Source: Phoronis australis (taxonomy: Eukaryota; Animalia; Phoronida). Taken from it: 64,000 nt of DNA. The DNA lies in NCBI GenBank assembly GCA_002633005.1, contig NMRA01000251.1:473649-537648 (forward strand), in the 5' to 3' direction. Shown piece by piece: positions 12,206-25,422 of the stretch. The position numbers and the translations under genes are program-made. How positions within the stretch are numbered: position 1 is the first letter of the stretch; each line of letters opens with the position of its first letter. A model generated the notes under the pieces. It made no database searches. It had not been told where the DNA came from and worked only from the letters and a program-made list of their open reading frames with translations.

Positions 12206-12988
12206 CTATAAGAGAAGTTCGGAAGGCCACTGAAACGAAATAAGTGCAGCATACAACACCAAGCAACGGCATGCAAGCAGTTATGGAAGAGGCAGAGAGG
12301 GAGGGTCAAGGGTCAAGGAGCGGCAGGCGACTGTAATTAGCACTACTAGCAGTTAATGAGGCAATTAACTTCAGTTCAAAATAAAGTTTTAGATATATGG
12401 AAACTTCAAGTATAACGTGTGGCTATGAATGATTCGATAATAAAAAGGACCCTCCTTCTGACATCTGAATAGACTGAGAGTAGAAAGCAGCATGGGAGTG
12501 TTCAAGTGATCAAGAAGACGCAAGATTACCAAAATTCATTCATATGGGATAGCCCTTGCTTCACTAGCGACACCTGGTGAATTTTCAGTTCCATGATTAA
12601 ATCAATATTTAAAAATACTTGTCTTAATAAATGATCATAAGCGACTTTACACACAAACTCAATTTATACAATCAAAGTTTTTGGTTCCTAAAAACAATAG
12701 GTCAGTTCGTAAATGCTCATTTGAGCACCCGCATACAAACAATTCACTTGCTATTAACTCTAGAAGACACATTGTTCGCATTCTCACCGGATCTTTATGT
12801 AATTCAGGCATACAAAGGGCTAATAAAAAAATAATTGCAGGCAGCCTGATACACATTGTACCAGACCTGCACAGGCCACGCATGTAGGCCCATTGCACTG
12901 ATCCCATGGAACCATTTTTATGCTTTATTAATATAATTATGGTTAAAACTGACCTGAGGAGCTAGAAACCTGACTCAATGGTTTAGCA

Positions 12989-13062
12989 GTGTGACCCAGT
13001 GGGACTCAAACCCACGACCTCGAGTAAAGAAAACTGGCACTTTTCACACTAGGCCGCACTTC
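12989..13062 (-). mobile_element. tRNA-derived SINE head or tRNA pseudogene fragment
   Basis: Minus strand shows an A-box-like ggcctagtgtg and a T-arm/B-box-like gtgggtttgagtcccac. No intact cloverleaf. Confidence 0.55.
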
Positions 13063-14320
13063 TTCCTCACATGAACCAGCTACACAGATCTAACTCCCTG
13101 GTCATTCAACCAAAATTGGCAGTTCACGTGAACACTCATTCAAAAACATTTGCTTTTAAACACCCAAGGTTGGCTTCCAGTTATTCAGGACACCAGGAAA
13201 ATTCCAATTTTGTAACATCGTGATCGGATTCCTATGAAAGTTTCTATCCAAACATGTTAATCAGGGAATAAAATCCTGTATCCAGGTAAGAAGTGGATAA
13301 GCATCACAAAGCAGCTTGTGCGTCTCAGGAACATGCGAGTACTGTGAAATTTGTACCCATGAAATTGTATTAAACCCCAACCTTAACCCAAAACTTAAAA
13401 GAACACTCTATCTATAAGCGCGAGTCATTTTATCAGCTTACAACAATGTTACTGTCAACACCGACCATTACCTGTTTCCCCTCCCTCTGTATCTGATCGT
13501 TGCTATTTTTAGTCATGTTGTCCAATGGTCATGTTCAGTACATCAATGCACTACGAAACGATGAGGTATAATACATTTTTTATCTTGTGCTACTTAATGT
13601 CAATGCCCTTCTGGGTTTTTTGGAAGGTGATGGTGTTATTCCACTTGTTTGCATGCAAAAAATACACTATCACACCTACAAGGAACTGGGCTGACACACA
13701 TGACCAGATGACATCAGCATGGGTCACTGACTTACATTATGTTTAAGTATTTGTTGACAACAGTGCCACATGTGGTCATATTCGAATAACAAAAACAAAA
13801 ACAAACCCAAAGTAATAATAGAGCATACCCTTAACCCTGGCCCTAACCTTAGACCTAGACAAAACCCTAACCGTAACCACTACCCTACAATACAGACAGT
13901 TCATGAATGTTGGAACTAATAACATTTCCCAATGTGCATGTTACTCTGTGTAAGATCCAAGCCAGCAGTGGTTAAAGAAGATTATCGTGGAAATACAACG
14001 TTCATTTAATGTGAGTGTGGATTATGCATTGGCATGCTAAGTCAGTGCAACTAATACTTTTATACCAAACCATGCAGCAGGCACACAATCTCAAGTGGGT
14101 GAAAACCTTACAGAAGTTTGAATCTGTGGACAACAAAGAAACAAAGTTAACGTACAAGATACGAAAACCTAAATGTGTCAAAACTTAAATGTTAATCAGT
14201 TGTTGCTCAGAATGAATATTTAAATGACTTTGCACGATCAGTTTGTCATAGTTAGCCGAACAAGTGAAGCAAATCTATCACTTCTACATGACAAACAGTT
14301 TCAGGTGTGAACTGCCTTAC

Positions 14321-14395
14321 CTCCAAATCGCGCCTCCCCTTGACAATCCTTAGCAACGAGGGGAACACACTTCTTGTGACAGTTGAACTTACAAT
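14321..14395 (-). CDS. PRKD: Protein kinase D coding exon, end of C1b (DCKFNCHKKCVPLVAKDCQGEARFG)
   Basis: 75 nt. ttcacag acceptor, gtaagg donor, phase 1/1. Zinc-ligand C/H pattern. Confidence 0.96.
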
Positions 14396-16138
14396 CTGTG
14401 AACATACAATACAATACAATACAATACAGTACAACGTAACACTCACTTCCATCACCACTTCCTACAATGGAGCAGCCATAACCCTACTGTAGCATACAGT
14501 ATACAGAAATGACTTAGCACATCAATAAAATTTTACATCATCCAAAATATGTTCCAAATCTAATATTAGCTAAATATCATACTACTTCATTAAAAAAAAT
14601 TACAATCACAAAAATTGTTATTGTGGGCTTCCTTCATACGACGTGACAGTTATACACTCTTATGAAAGTTGAGTTTGAATGTAAAATGAAGATGACAACC
14701 ATAAAACGTACAACTGATATCATTTCCATTCACTAATTCACCAATCACCTTTTTGATTTCTTGAAAATGCACAATTCACACTCAAAATACAGAGCTGGGT
14801 AGTAGAAGTGCCCCCTTCTGGCACAAACCTCATCCAAAATCAAGCAAAATGGTTTGAAGAGAAAGTTTAGTGCAAGTAAAAAAGTACTTAAGTATGCATG
14901 CCAATGTCATCCGTTGCTCATGTCGTATGACCTGTTGTCATAATTATGTTGTCTGCTGCTATTCGTCATCTGTTGCTTTACAACACCTATTTCCTTGAAT
15001 CACAACTACCCGATGAATGATTCAAAATCAAAACAGAAGCTGTTTGTACGTCTTCCGAGAGGTTACCCATCAATTTCAGCGATCGCTAAAAACATCCTAA
15101 CACTGAGCTCTGCTGAAATCACCAAAATTTTTGGAGTTCATTTAATTTTCTTGTATTCCGTGAAAATAATCCGGAAATCAGTATACCAGTACAAAATGGC
15201 GCCCTGATGGTTAATTGGAAAAAGTATGCACATGTTGTGGTATTTTTATCAATGGAAAATATTGGACGATAATTAAGACATGATGCCGATACGTTTCTTT
15301 ATTCTCCGAGGCCCAAAACTCATTAAGGCCCTTGAGTCGTGAACCATTTTGTTTTTTTGATTCTGAGCATTGGCACGACATGTAACTTTGAAATTTCTAA
15401 TTGTCGTCTGCTCACCACACTCATAAAAATACCTAGAGACATTGCTGGTCACCATATGAATCAAGACACTTTGTTAGATGTAGGTTTTTAAATGTAATCG
15501 ATTTTACTGAATACAAGTTTTTGAGTACTTTCAATACAACCTTTTAATTATACAAAATGTTGGTTAGACTGAATGCAAGATGGCTCAGGGGATGTTTATG
15601 CAATATGTCAAACTGTCGCAGGGTTGATTTAGATTTGTGAAGCCACAGAATTAAAAAATTAATTCTAGGTCCTTAGCGGTAAATGATGGCAATCATATTG
15701 AAATGTCTGAGTGTATACACAAAATACATAACAACTGTATTTAATTAAACTTGGATTAATATCCAAATGAACTCAGATTGTTGTAAGCACTAATCGCTCT
15801 TTTGAATGGCCTTACTACCCACATTCCAGTCTGAAGAAAATGGTCACAACTCAAAAGCCTGAAACAAAAGGGCAAACGAGTCAGTATCGTACCAAAAACT
15901 GTGACTGTACATTGAAAACCACATGTTTGCAGTAATTGATTTATGTCAAATATAGCATATAATCAGATAGTGGAAGAATTCAAGGCATATGATAATCAAG
16001 ATATTTCAGGCTTTTGATCACAACTTTAGGCTCCCCTTGAACGCAAACACTGCAATCCATTGCACAGTCCGTTGCACAATGCAGCATTTAGAGAAACCAT
16101 AAAGTGGTTGACTGGACGCTAATCAGTGACCAACTGAC

Positions 16139-16361
16139 CTTTGCACTGAACCCCCTGCCTGAAGAGTCCGCGCAGTAGTTTCTTGCAGTGCTGACAAATG
16201 GTGGGCCGTGTATAGTTGTGCAAGATGAACGTGTGCGGCACCTTGATGCGACCCGCGTACTCCTTCTCCAGCCATATAGGTCGGCCGCTCCATGATTTTG
16301 ACCGACTGTTACGTGACAGACTGCTAGTATCCGACGAGATGGAGAGAGAAGACAGAAGAGG
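16139..16361 (-). CDS. PRKD: Protein kinase D coding exon, linker plus first part of C1b, copy 1 ([74 protein letters not shown])
   Basis: 223 nt. ttttctag acceptor, gtcagt donor, phase 0/1. C1 domain motif. Confidence 0.93.
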
Positions 16362-16926
16362 CTAGAAAAGATGGAATGTTGATCGCTCGTTAAATCCTAC
16401 ATTTTGCGACATTTTCTGCTTGTGTGAAGCAGCTATAAGCCTTTGTTACTTCTAGACCACTAGATGCCGATATAAAATTGGTCTCAATTAGGTCTTTACT
16501 CAGACGAGGTGTGAGTTTTGAGACTGCAAAAAGCTGAAAATTCATTATTCCTTGAGATTATGCTCACCACAAATTAAGACAAAACGTGATAAGCCAACAT
16601 GTGGGGTCAGGTCTTAAGACCTACCAAACTATGAGTTCTTTCCAAACCATGAAATCACATCCAGTTTGACAAAGGAACAATGTAAGACCAACTTCCTAGC
16701 GGTAAATGGTCTAAACCAAAATTTTGTTTCTTAATAAAAGACAGGTCAGTAGTCCACTCTAAAGTATTTTTGAACAATGTCTATCTGTGTGAAAGGATCA
16801 AGGAAGTTTCTTAAAAGATTGCTGATGTCTCTTAATTCTCCATGAAATAAGATTATTTACTGCTAAGCAGACTACCTGACTTCACTAGCATTTAGTCGAC
16901 CTCTGACTTTGTGTGATCTAGTTTAC

Positions 16927-17087
16927 CTGGTCAGGAACCTCCAAAGTTGAGCCAGTGGACCGTGGTAGAGTGAACGCCTGACCTCCGCTGTTGGGCGATG
17001 ATGTAGAACCCCTTCTAGAACCCCGGTCACGTGAGCAGTTATTGGGAATCCTGTAGGCGCAACGTTTATGGAAGTTGAGTCCACATC
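16927..17087 (-). CDS. PRKD: Protein kinase D coding exon, end of C1a plus linker, copy 1 (GCGLNFHKRCAYRIPNNCSRDRGSRRGS...LEVPDQ)
   Basis: 161 nt. atttcag acceptor, gtaaac donor, phase 1/0. Confidence 0.95.
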
Positions 17088-18693
17088 CTGAAATAAGCAA
17101 CAGGGACGTTGTTATGAATGTGATGTATGGTTGATACACAGATGTTGTACTTGATGAATTATTCAGAGTAAACATTGGTTTGTGCTCTTGTTCCCAGGTC
17201 CAATTTACATTTATTTCAAACACTTGTCAGACATAGTTCTTGTCATTAAGAACACTAACTGGCACAAGCGAAGCAGCGCAAACGCCACAGAGTGGTGAGC
17301 ATGGAAGGTTCTCAACCTAAAGGTCTAGACTTGCACTTCTAGCTACTGCGGTCATATAGTTTGTGTCTGACTGGGATTCATAAGTGAGAGTCACTCTTGA
17401 CTGCCAAGTAACCTACAATACACCAGCATCCCTGACCAAGAGATTACTACAGAGCACTGTTTCATATACTCTACAGAACCTAGTGTTATCAGACAGCCCA
17501 ATATGAGTGGCAGTTATAACTGGTAAGTAACCTGCAATACACTAGCATCTCTGAACAAGAGGTTATCAAAGGGCGCTACCCTGTCCATACACCCTACAGA
17601 AACCAGAGTTAATAGCCAGCCCAATGAACTTGATGGCAGGTGAAAATTTTTCTTTACTCTGTTGTGTTTGATAGAAACAAGGATGTGCATGGACACTATG
17701 ACCAGACTATAACTAAACACAAGAATAATTCACCCACGCAATAACTGAAACAGCAACACCAGTCCCAACCCATAACTACATACATTATCTACAAACTACA
17801 GATATTGGCTACATTAATTGTCTTCGACAATTCTGCCGTGCCAGTCAGCATAGGCATCTGATTGGTTCTCTACTTCCGGCTTTTAGACCAATCAGATGTC
17901 TCAGCCAGTTGAACCGGCGGAACCGGCCAAGTCAATCAAGTGAAGTCATTGCTATGGTAACCTTCTTCAATTTAGCACACAATACAGTGGACAATAAGAA
18001 ATTTTTATATCACCAATAGCATTATTTGTACCGCACACTTACACACTTAAATAAAATTTTTGAGCATTTGAACATGTAATAAGCCTTTAAAAATGGAAAA
18101 TTTTCACAATTGCATGTTTTTGTACAAGATCACAGTATGATTATAATTTCTACAAATACCAAACCAGAGCCCTACATTAACAAGTTTCTTCCAATATTAT
18201 CACCAATACATTGTGCATGAGCATGAAATATCAACTGCAGTCAGCTTTAATTGTTACGCTGAACCTTATTAACTATGCCAGGCAAGTAGTATGATGAGAA
18301 GACTGTCCATGACCTCATTAAAGAACCATTGTTTTTGCAAGACAGTTTAACACAAGACTTCACCTACTCCTGCCAATCATGTCAATACCAAGAATAATAA
18401 AAACAACACACTGGCTTAACTGACAGCATTGAGACAATGAATCAATTAATAGGCTAACCTACATACTAAAAGGTTGAACCTGACCAGGATACAGATACAG
18501 CATCAATGTGCTTTGTCACCACCTCGTCAGTGACATCAAATCAATTTAAAACACAAGACCCGTTTTATCAAGATGGCTAATAACCAGTGAAGTCTTTTTG
18601 CAGTTGTCAGACCCAGTGTATTTTAATGATGAGTTAAAGACATAGTCATGGCGTGTAATTATGTTTTTAACCTGCCAACACACAGTGTCTTAA

Positions 18694-19017
18694 AGTAGAA
18701 CTTGCAGGCTAATTGCGTATCTCTGTGATTGCTTGGCCAAATTAGTTAGAAAAACAACAAATAGCAATGATATTAATATGAAGTAGGTTGAAAATTACCA
18801 AATGTTTTTAAGAATGAGTTTTGTGGCGAAAATGATCCACCGCAAATCACTGAACCGTGTACATAACACTTCANCAGATACGTCATTGTTTTCACATGTA
18901 CAAGTTGTCAATGAATATAGCTGCACTTTGTTTAGTGTAGATGATGTTCAAATTGCATTTCATTATCATTTAGTTCCTGCTATACATTGGCACAGTTAGG
19001 AGAATCCAAATACATCT
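18694..19017 (+). mobile_element. TTAA-flanked MITE family A (Kolobok-like, about 380 bp), copy interrupted by n; its duplicate is at 23160-23443
   Basis: ttaa|agtagaacttgc...tacatct|ttaa. Homologous to copies at 28950, 52249 and 54824. Confidence 0.75.
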
Positions 19018-20535
19018 TTAACAGGGTTTTAAAGCAATTTATGTCAAAGCAGACCAGTCTCCACCATGTGAAGTGAAAAAAATTTCCTCATCTTTCCCAG
19101 TAAACTCTACAATTCTTCCTACAGTAAAAATAGCTTTGGAAGCAGGATCGTCCAGGGATTTACATTTCAGTTACATTGTTAATAAGACTGGTAGACAAAA
19201 AGTAAACTTTAAGGTGTCTAAAATTGAGAAGATGTTAACATAATTTGGGCCTCTGCAAAATTGGAAATAATGGCAATAATTTTTGCGCCAAATACGTAAT
19301 GAATGATCACATCTGAGTGACCACAAAATTAGCCAACGAGGACGGACGTATCCAGCTAAATAAATCGAGATATGAAACGTCCATGATGTTTGTAAGGCTA
19401 TCCAACTCATTAATGACCACTGTCTGACTATTGATATGACCTGATTCAGTTGTTGTATAAGCCAATAAAGTCAACACACATAGAGTGTTGCTGAGTTGTA
19501 GCCAGTGTGTGGACAAGCCATGATATCGTCATATTGATGAAGGATACAAAGCAAAGACAGCCAGGGTTAGAATGCGAAAAGAGATACATGACTCTGACCA
19601 GCAACTTGTGCATATCAACAAATAAAGATGAATTATATTCTGATTACCTGGCTAAAAAGGAAATTTAAGGTTATCTTCAATCTTATTCACAAAAAACGGC
19701 CATTTTTACAACATTTCACATGTATCTAGTAAAATACCTTATCTTCATTCTCAGTGAACTTCAAATACAAAATATATACTGCGTAGCGAGAAAAAAGATT
19801 TAACAGAACCACCTTGGAACCGCACAACCGCGTGGACATTTGTTTACTACTTATCCGAGGTCAAAGGTTTAAGGGCTTTCAATCAAATCGAATCTCCCGC
19901 CAGGTACAAAACAGCCTTTCATTCACAAAATTGCCATAACATTGAGTAAACGAGGTGTACTTATGGTAGAATGGTGCCGGGGAAAACAAAGACAAAACGT
20001 AGTTTTGATCCTAAATGAGTTGTGCGTCTACATGCATACGACCGTTGGCGTTGAGAACGCATGCTACTGTTGCCTAAGGCCTCCGTGGTCATGAAGACAG
20101 CAAGTTGTGAAAAGAGATAAATGCTCACCCTAACTCCTTCATTCAATTACTAAATTGACATTTCAATGTTTCGGTCTCGAGCTAAGGACATGCTTTAACC
20201 ACCGATTCGAATTTTGTTATCCATTTCTTACTTGGTTTCGTATCAAGTCTCCCAGCACGTGACGTGTANAACAAAAGGGCAAATGACAGTCAGTATCGTA
20301 CCAAAAACTGTGACTGTACATTGAATACCACATATTTGCAGTAATTGATTTATGTCAAATACAGCATATAATCACATACTGGAAGAATTCAAGGCATATG
20401 ATAATCAAGAGATTTCAAGCTTTTGATCACCACTTTAGGCTCCCCTTGAGCGCAAACACTGCTATCCGTAGCACAACGCAGCATTTAGAGAAACCATAAA
20501 GTGGTTGACTGGACGCTAATCAGTGACCAACTGAC

Positions 20536-20758
20536 CTTTGCACTGAACCCCCTGCCTGAAGAGTCCGCGCAGTAGTTTCTTGCAGTGCTGACAAATGGTG
20601 GGCCGTGTATAGTTGTGCAAGATGAACGTGTGCGGCACCTTGATGCGACCCGCGTACTCCTTCTCCAGCCATATAGGACGGCCGCTCCATGATTTGGACC
20701 GACTGTTACGTGACAGACTGCTAGTATCCGACGAGATGGAGAGAGAAGACAGAAGAGG
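20536..20758 (-). CDS. PRKD: Duplicate (copy 2) of the PKD C1b exon; same peptide as 16139-16361
   Basis: Intact splice sites. The only differences I saw are synonymous (TCA/TCC, CGA/CGT). Probably the other haplotype. Confidence 0.8.
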
Positions 20759-21327
20759 CTAGAAAATATTGAATGTTGATTGCTCGTTAAATCCTACATT
20801 TTGCGACATTTTCTGCTTGTGTGAAGCAACTATAAGCCTTTGTTGCTTCTAGACCACTAGATGCCGCTATAAAATTGGTCTCAATTTGGTCTTTACTCAG
20901 ACGAGGTGTGAGTTTTGAGACTGCAAAAAGCTGAAAATTCATTATTCCTTGAGATTATGCTCACCAAAAGTTAAGACAAAACATGACAAAACAACATGTG
21001 GGGCCAGGTCTCAAGATCTAGCAAACTGTGAGTTCTTTCCAAACCATGAAATCACATCCAGTTTGACAAAGGAACAATGTAAGACCAACTTCCTGGCGGT
21101 AAGTGGTCTAAACTAAACCAAAATTTTGTTTCTTAATAAAAGACAGATCTGTAGCCCACTCTAAAGTATTTTTGAACAATGTCCATCTGGGTGAAATGAT
21201 CAAGGAATTTCTTAAAAGATTGCTGATGTCTCTCAGTTCTTCATGAAATAAGATTATTTACTGCTAAGCAGACTACCTGACTTCACTAGCATTTAGTCGA
21301 CCTCTCACTTGGTGCGATCTAGTTTAC

Positions 21328-21488
21328 CTGGTCAGGAACCTCCAAAGTTGAGCCAGTGGACCGTGGTAGAGTGAACGCCTGACCTCCACTGTTGGGCGAT
21401 GATGTAGATCCCCTTCTAGAACCTCGGTCACGTGAGCAGTTATTAGGAATCCTGTAGGCGCAACGTTTATGGAAGTTGAGTCCACATC
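21328..21488 (-). CDS. PRKD: Duplicate (copy 2) of the PKD C1a-end exon; same peptide as 16927-17087
   Basis: Intact splice sites. Identical exon translation in the ORF track, with about four silent differences. Confidence 0.8.
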
Positions 21489-24094
21489 CTGAAATAAGCA
21501 ACAGGGAAGTTGTTATGAATGTGATGTATGGTTGATATACAGATGTTGTACTTGATGAATTATTCAGAGTAAACATTGGTTTCTGCTCTTGTTCCCAGGT
21601 CCAATTTATAATTATTTCAAACACTTGTCAGACATAGTTCCTGTCATTAAGTACACTAGATATACAAGTGTCCCTTTAACTGGCACAAGCAAAGCAGCGC
21701 AAACGCCACAGAATTGTGAGCATGGAAGGTTCTCAACCCAAAGGTCTAGACTTGCCCTTCTAGCTACTGCGGTCATATAGTTTGTGTCTTTGACTGGGCT
21801 GCATAAGTGAGAGTCACTCTTGACTGCCAAGTAACCTACAATACAAACGCATCCCTGACCAAGAGATTACTACAGAACACTGTTTCATATACTCTACAGA
21901 ACCTAGTGTTATCAGACAGCCCAATATGAGTGGCAGTTATAACTGGTAAGTAACCTGCAATACACTAGCATCTCTGAACAAGATGTTATCAAAGGGCGAT
22001 ACCCTGTCCATACACCCTACAGAAACCAGAGTTAATAGCCAGCCCAATGAACTTGATGGCAAGTGAAAATTTTTCTTTACTCTGTTGTGTTTGATAGAAA
22101 CAAGGATGTGCATGGACACTATGACTAGACTATAACACAAGAATAATTCACCCACGCAATAACTGAAACATCAACACCCTTCCCATCCCATAACTACATA
22201 CATTATCTACAAACTACAGATATTGGCTACATTAATTGTCTTCGACGATTCTGCCGTGCCAGTCAGCATAGGCATCTGATTGGTTCTCTACTTCCGGCTT
22301 TTAGGCCAATCAGACGTCTCAGCCAGTTGAACCGGCGGAACCGGCCAAGTCAATCAAGTGAAGTCATTGCTATGGTAACCTTCTTCAATTTTGCACACAA
22401 TACAGTGGACAACTGAAATTTTATTTTCAGCAAATTTTCTTTTTAAGAAAAGCAGATCAATAAGAAATTTTTATATCACCAATAGCATGATTTGTACCGC
22501 ACACTTACACACTTAAATAAAATTTTTGAGCATTTGAACATGTAATAAGCCTTTAAAAATGGAAATTTTTCACGATTGCATGTTTTTGTACAAGATCACA
22601 GTATGATTATAATTTCTACAAATACCAAACCAGAGCCCTACATTAACAAGTTTCTTCCAATATTATCACCAATACATTGTGCATGAGCATGAAATATCAA
22701 CTGCAGTCAACTTTAATTGTTACGCTGAACCTTATTATCTATGCCAGGCAAGTAGTATGATGAGAAGACTGTCCATGACCTCATTAAAGAACCATTGTTT
22801 TTGCAAGACAGTTTAACACAAGACTTCACCTACTCCTGCCAATCATGTCAATACCAAGAATAATAAAAACAGCACACTGGCTTAACTGACAGCGTTGAGA
22901 CAATGAATCAATTAATAGGCTAACCTACATACTAAAAGGTTGAACCTGACAAGGAAACAGATACAGCCTCAATGTGCTTTGTCATCACCTCGTCAGTGAC
23001 ATCGAATCAATTTAAAACACAATACCCGTTTTATCAAGATGGCTAATAACCAGTGAAGTCTTTTTGCAGTTGTCAGACCAAGTGTATTTTAATGATGAGT
23101 TAAAGACATAGTCATGGCATGTAATTATGTTTTTAACCTGCCAACACACAGTGTCTTAAAGTAGAACTTGCAGGCTAATTGCGCATCTCGTTGATTGCTT
23201 AGCCAAATTAGTTAGAAAAACAACAAACAGCAATGATATTAATATGAAGTAGGTTGAAAATTGCCAAATGTTTTTAAGAATGAGTTTTGTGGCGAAAATG
23301 ATCCATCGCAAAGCACTGAACCGTGTACATNTGTCAATGAATATAGCTGTACTTTGTTTAGTGTAGATGATGTTCAAATTGCATTGCACTATCATTTAGT
23401 TCCTGCTATACATTGGCACAGTTAGGAGAATCCAAATACATCTTTAACAGGGTTTTAAAGCAATTCATGTCAAAGCAGACCAGTCTCCACCATGTGAAGT
23501 GAACAAATTTTTCGCATCTTTCCCAGTAAACTCTACAATTCTTCCTACAGTAAAAATATCTTTAGAAGCAGGATCGTCCAGGGATTTACATTTCAGTTAC
23601 ATTGTTAATAAGACTGGTAGACAAAAAATAAACTTTAAGGTGTCTAAAATTGAGAAGGTGTTAACATAATTTGGGCCTCTGCAAAATTGGAAATGATGGC
23701 AATAATTTTTGCGCGAAATAAGTAATGAATGATCACATCTGAGTGACCACAAAATTAGCCAACGAGGACCGACGTATCCAGCTAAATAAATCGAGATATG
23801 AAACGTCCATGATGTCTGTAAGGCTATCCAACTCATTAATGACCACTGTCTGACTATTGATATGACCTGATTCAGTTGTTGTATAAGCCAATAAAGTCAA
23901 CACACATAGAGTGTTGCTGAGTTGTAGCCAGTGTGTGGACAAGCCATGATATCGTCATATTGATGAAGGATACAAAGCAAAGACAGCCAGGGTTAGAATG
24001 CGAAAAGAGATACATGACTCTGACCAGCAACTTGTGCATATCAACAAATAAAGATGAATTATATTCTGATTACCTGGCTAAAAAGGAAATTTAA

Positions 24095-25422
24095 GGTTAT
24101 CTTCAATCTTATTCACAAAAAACGGCCATTTTTACAACATTTCACATGTATCTAGTAAAATACCTTATCTTCATTCTCAGTGAACTTCAAATACAAAATA
24201 TATACTGCGTAGCGAGAAAAAAGATTTAACAGAACCACCTTGGAACCGCACAACCGCGTGGACATTTGTTTACTACTTATCCGAGGTCAAAGGTTTAAGG
24301 GCTTTCAATCAAATCGAATCTCCCGCCAGGTACAAAACAGCCTTTCATTCACAAAATTGCCATAACATTGAGTAAACGAGGTGTACTTATGGTAGAATGG
24401 TGCCGGGGAAAACAAAGACAAAACGTAGTTTTGATCCTAAATGAGTTGTGCGTCTACATGCATACGACCGTTGGCGTTGAGAACGCATGCTACTGTTGCC
24501 TAAGGCCTCCGTGGTCATGAAGACAGCAAGTTGTGAAAAGAGATAAATGCTCACCCTAACTCCTTCATTCAATTACTAAATTGACATTTCAATGTTTCGG
24601 TCTCGAGCTAAGGACATGCTTTAACCACCGATTCGAATTTTGTTATCCATTTCTTACTTGGTTTCGTATCAAGTCTCCCAGCACGTGACGTGTACAGGTT
24701 ATGTGTATAACAATGAACTGTGAGCTATTTACATATAAAAGTAGGTCAAATGTCACGAACAACAGTAGTTAGCTTTGGAACGGTACGTTTTAATGATAAT
24801 TAAGTTAATAACGCACTGCAAAATCAGTTGACATTGCGAGTGAATGTTGCAATAGCAAACATATTTAAGGCTTGTATAGGTTATGTGTACCGAAAACACG
24901 TTTTCACCAAATAATTAACCGAAGACCAAGATTTTCACTTGTCCCAGTTTAATCGGCTTTTTCTCAGCTTCATCAAATCGACTGTATTTGAACTTAAGAA
25001 TACAAGTTCTTGAAAACGGCTCGGTGGATTTCGCGGAAACTTTCCAAATTTAATATTTAGTAATCAGTCTCAAAAATGCTGTTAGGATTTTCAATATAAA
25101 GGCCCATTTTTGGCGTAATGTAACAAAGACGAATACGACTTGCGTTTTTACAAAAATACCTTACGTTTTGTGAGTTGATTTGTCATAGAAACCAAACAAA
25201 AAGACTAATTGAAAATTCCTAACAGCGTTTCATTAAAATCGACGGAGGGGTTATTTTGCTATGAATGTACCTTTCTTAAAAATTTAAATTTTGACTTAAA
25301 AAAGGTTTTTACGTAAAAATAATAATGGTACATTAATACAAAAAGTATTTTCATATTCCCTACTCTTTTTTCTTTAAATATACTAGTTAGAATAGAGGCC
25401 ACTAAATAAGGTTGGAGATACC
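24095..25422 (+). mobile_element. 1.3 kb non-autonomous TTAA-flanked DNA transposon, family B (Kolobok-like); its left half is also at about 19669-20268
   Basis: ttaa|ggttatcttcaa ... ttggagatacc|ttaa gives imperfect TIRs with a TTAA duplication. A second diverged copy lies at 32234-33476. Confidence 0.75.

Larger units (their letters stand above)
15863..24694. repeat. 4.4 kb tandem near-identical duplication (15863-20268 and 20270-24694), junction at n 20269
   Basis: Colinear copies with scattered SNPs and indels. Paired ORFs appear in the ORF track. Further n characters at 18874 and 23331 fall at equivalent places. Confidence 0.95.

Noticed and set aside
13828-13890. Telomere-like ccctaa/cctaac tract
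   Set aside because: Short and highly degenerate. It is most likely a repeat fragment rather than an interstitial telomere.
15816-15858. Acceptor-like and donor-like motifs suggesting a small exon inside C1b
   Set aside because: Inclusion would break the CxxC zinc knuckle or add a stop. The signals are compatible with chance and there is no other support.
16321-16361. Internal tag/cag acceptors after a pyrimidine-rich exon start
   Set aside because: Both are phase 2 and incompatible with the phase-0 donor at 16927. The acceptor at 16362 gives an open frame.
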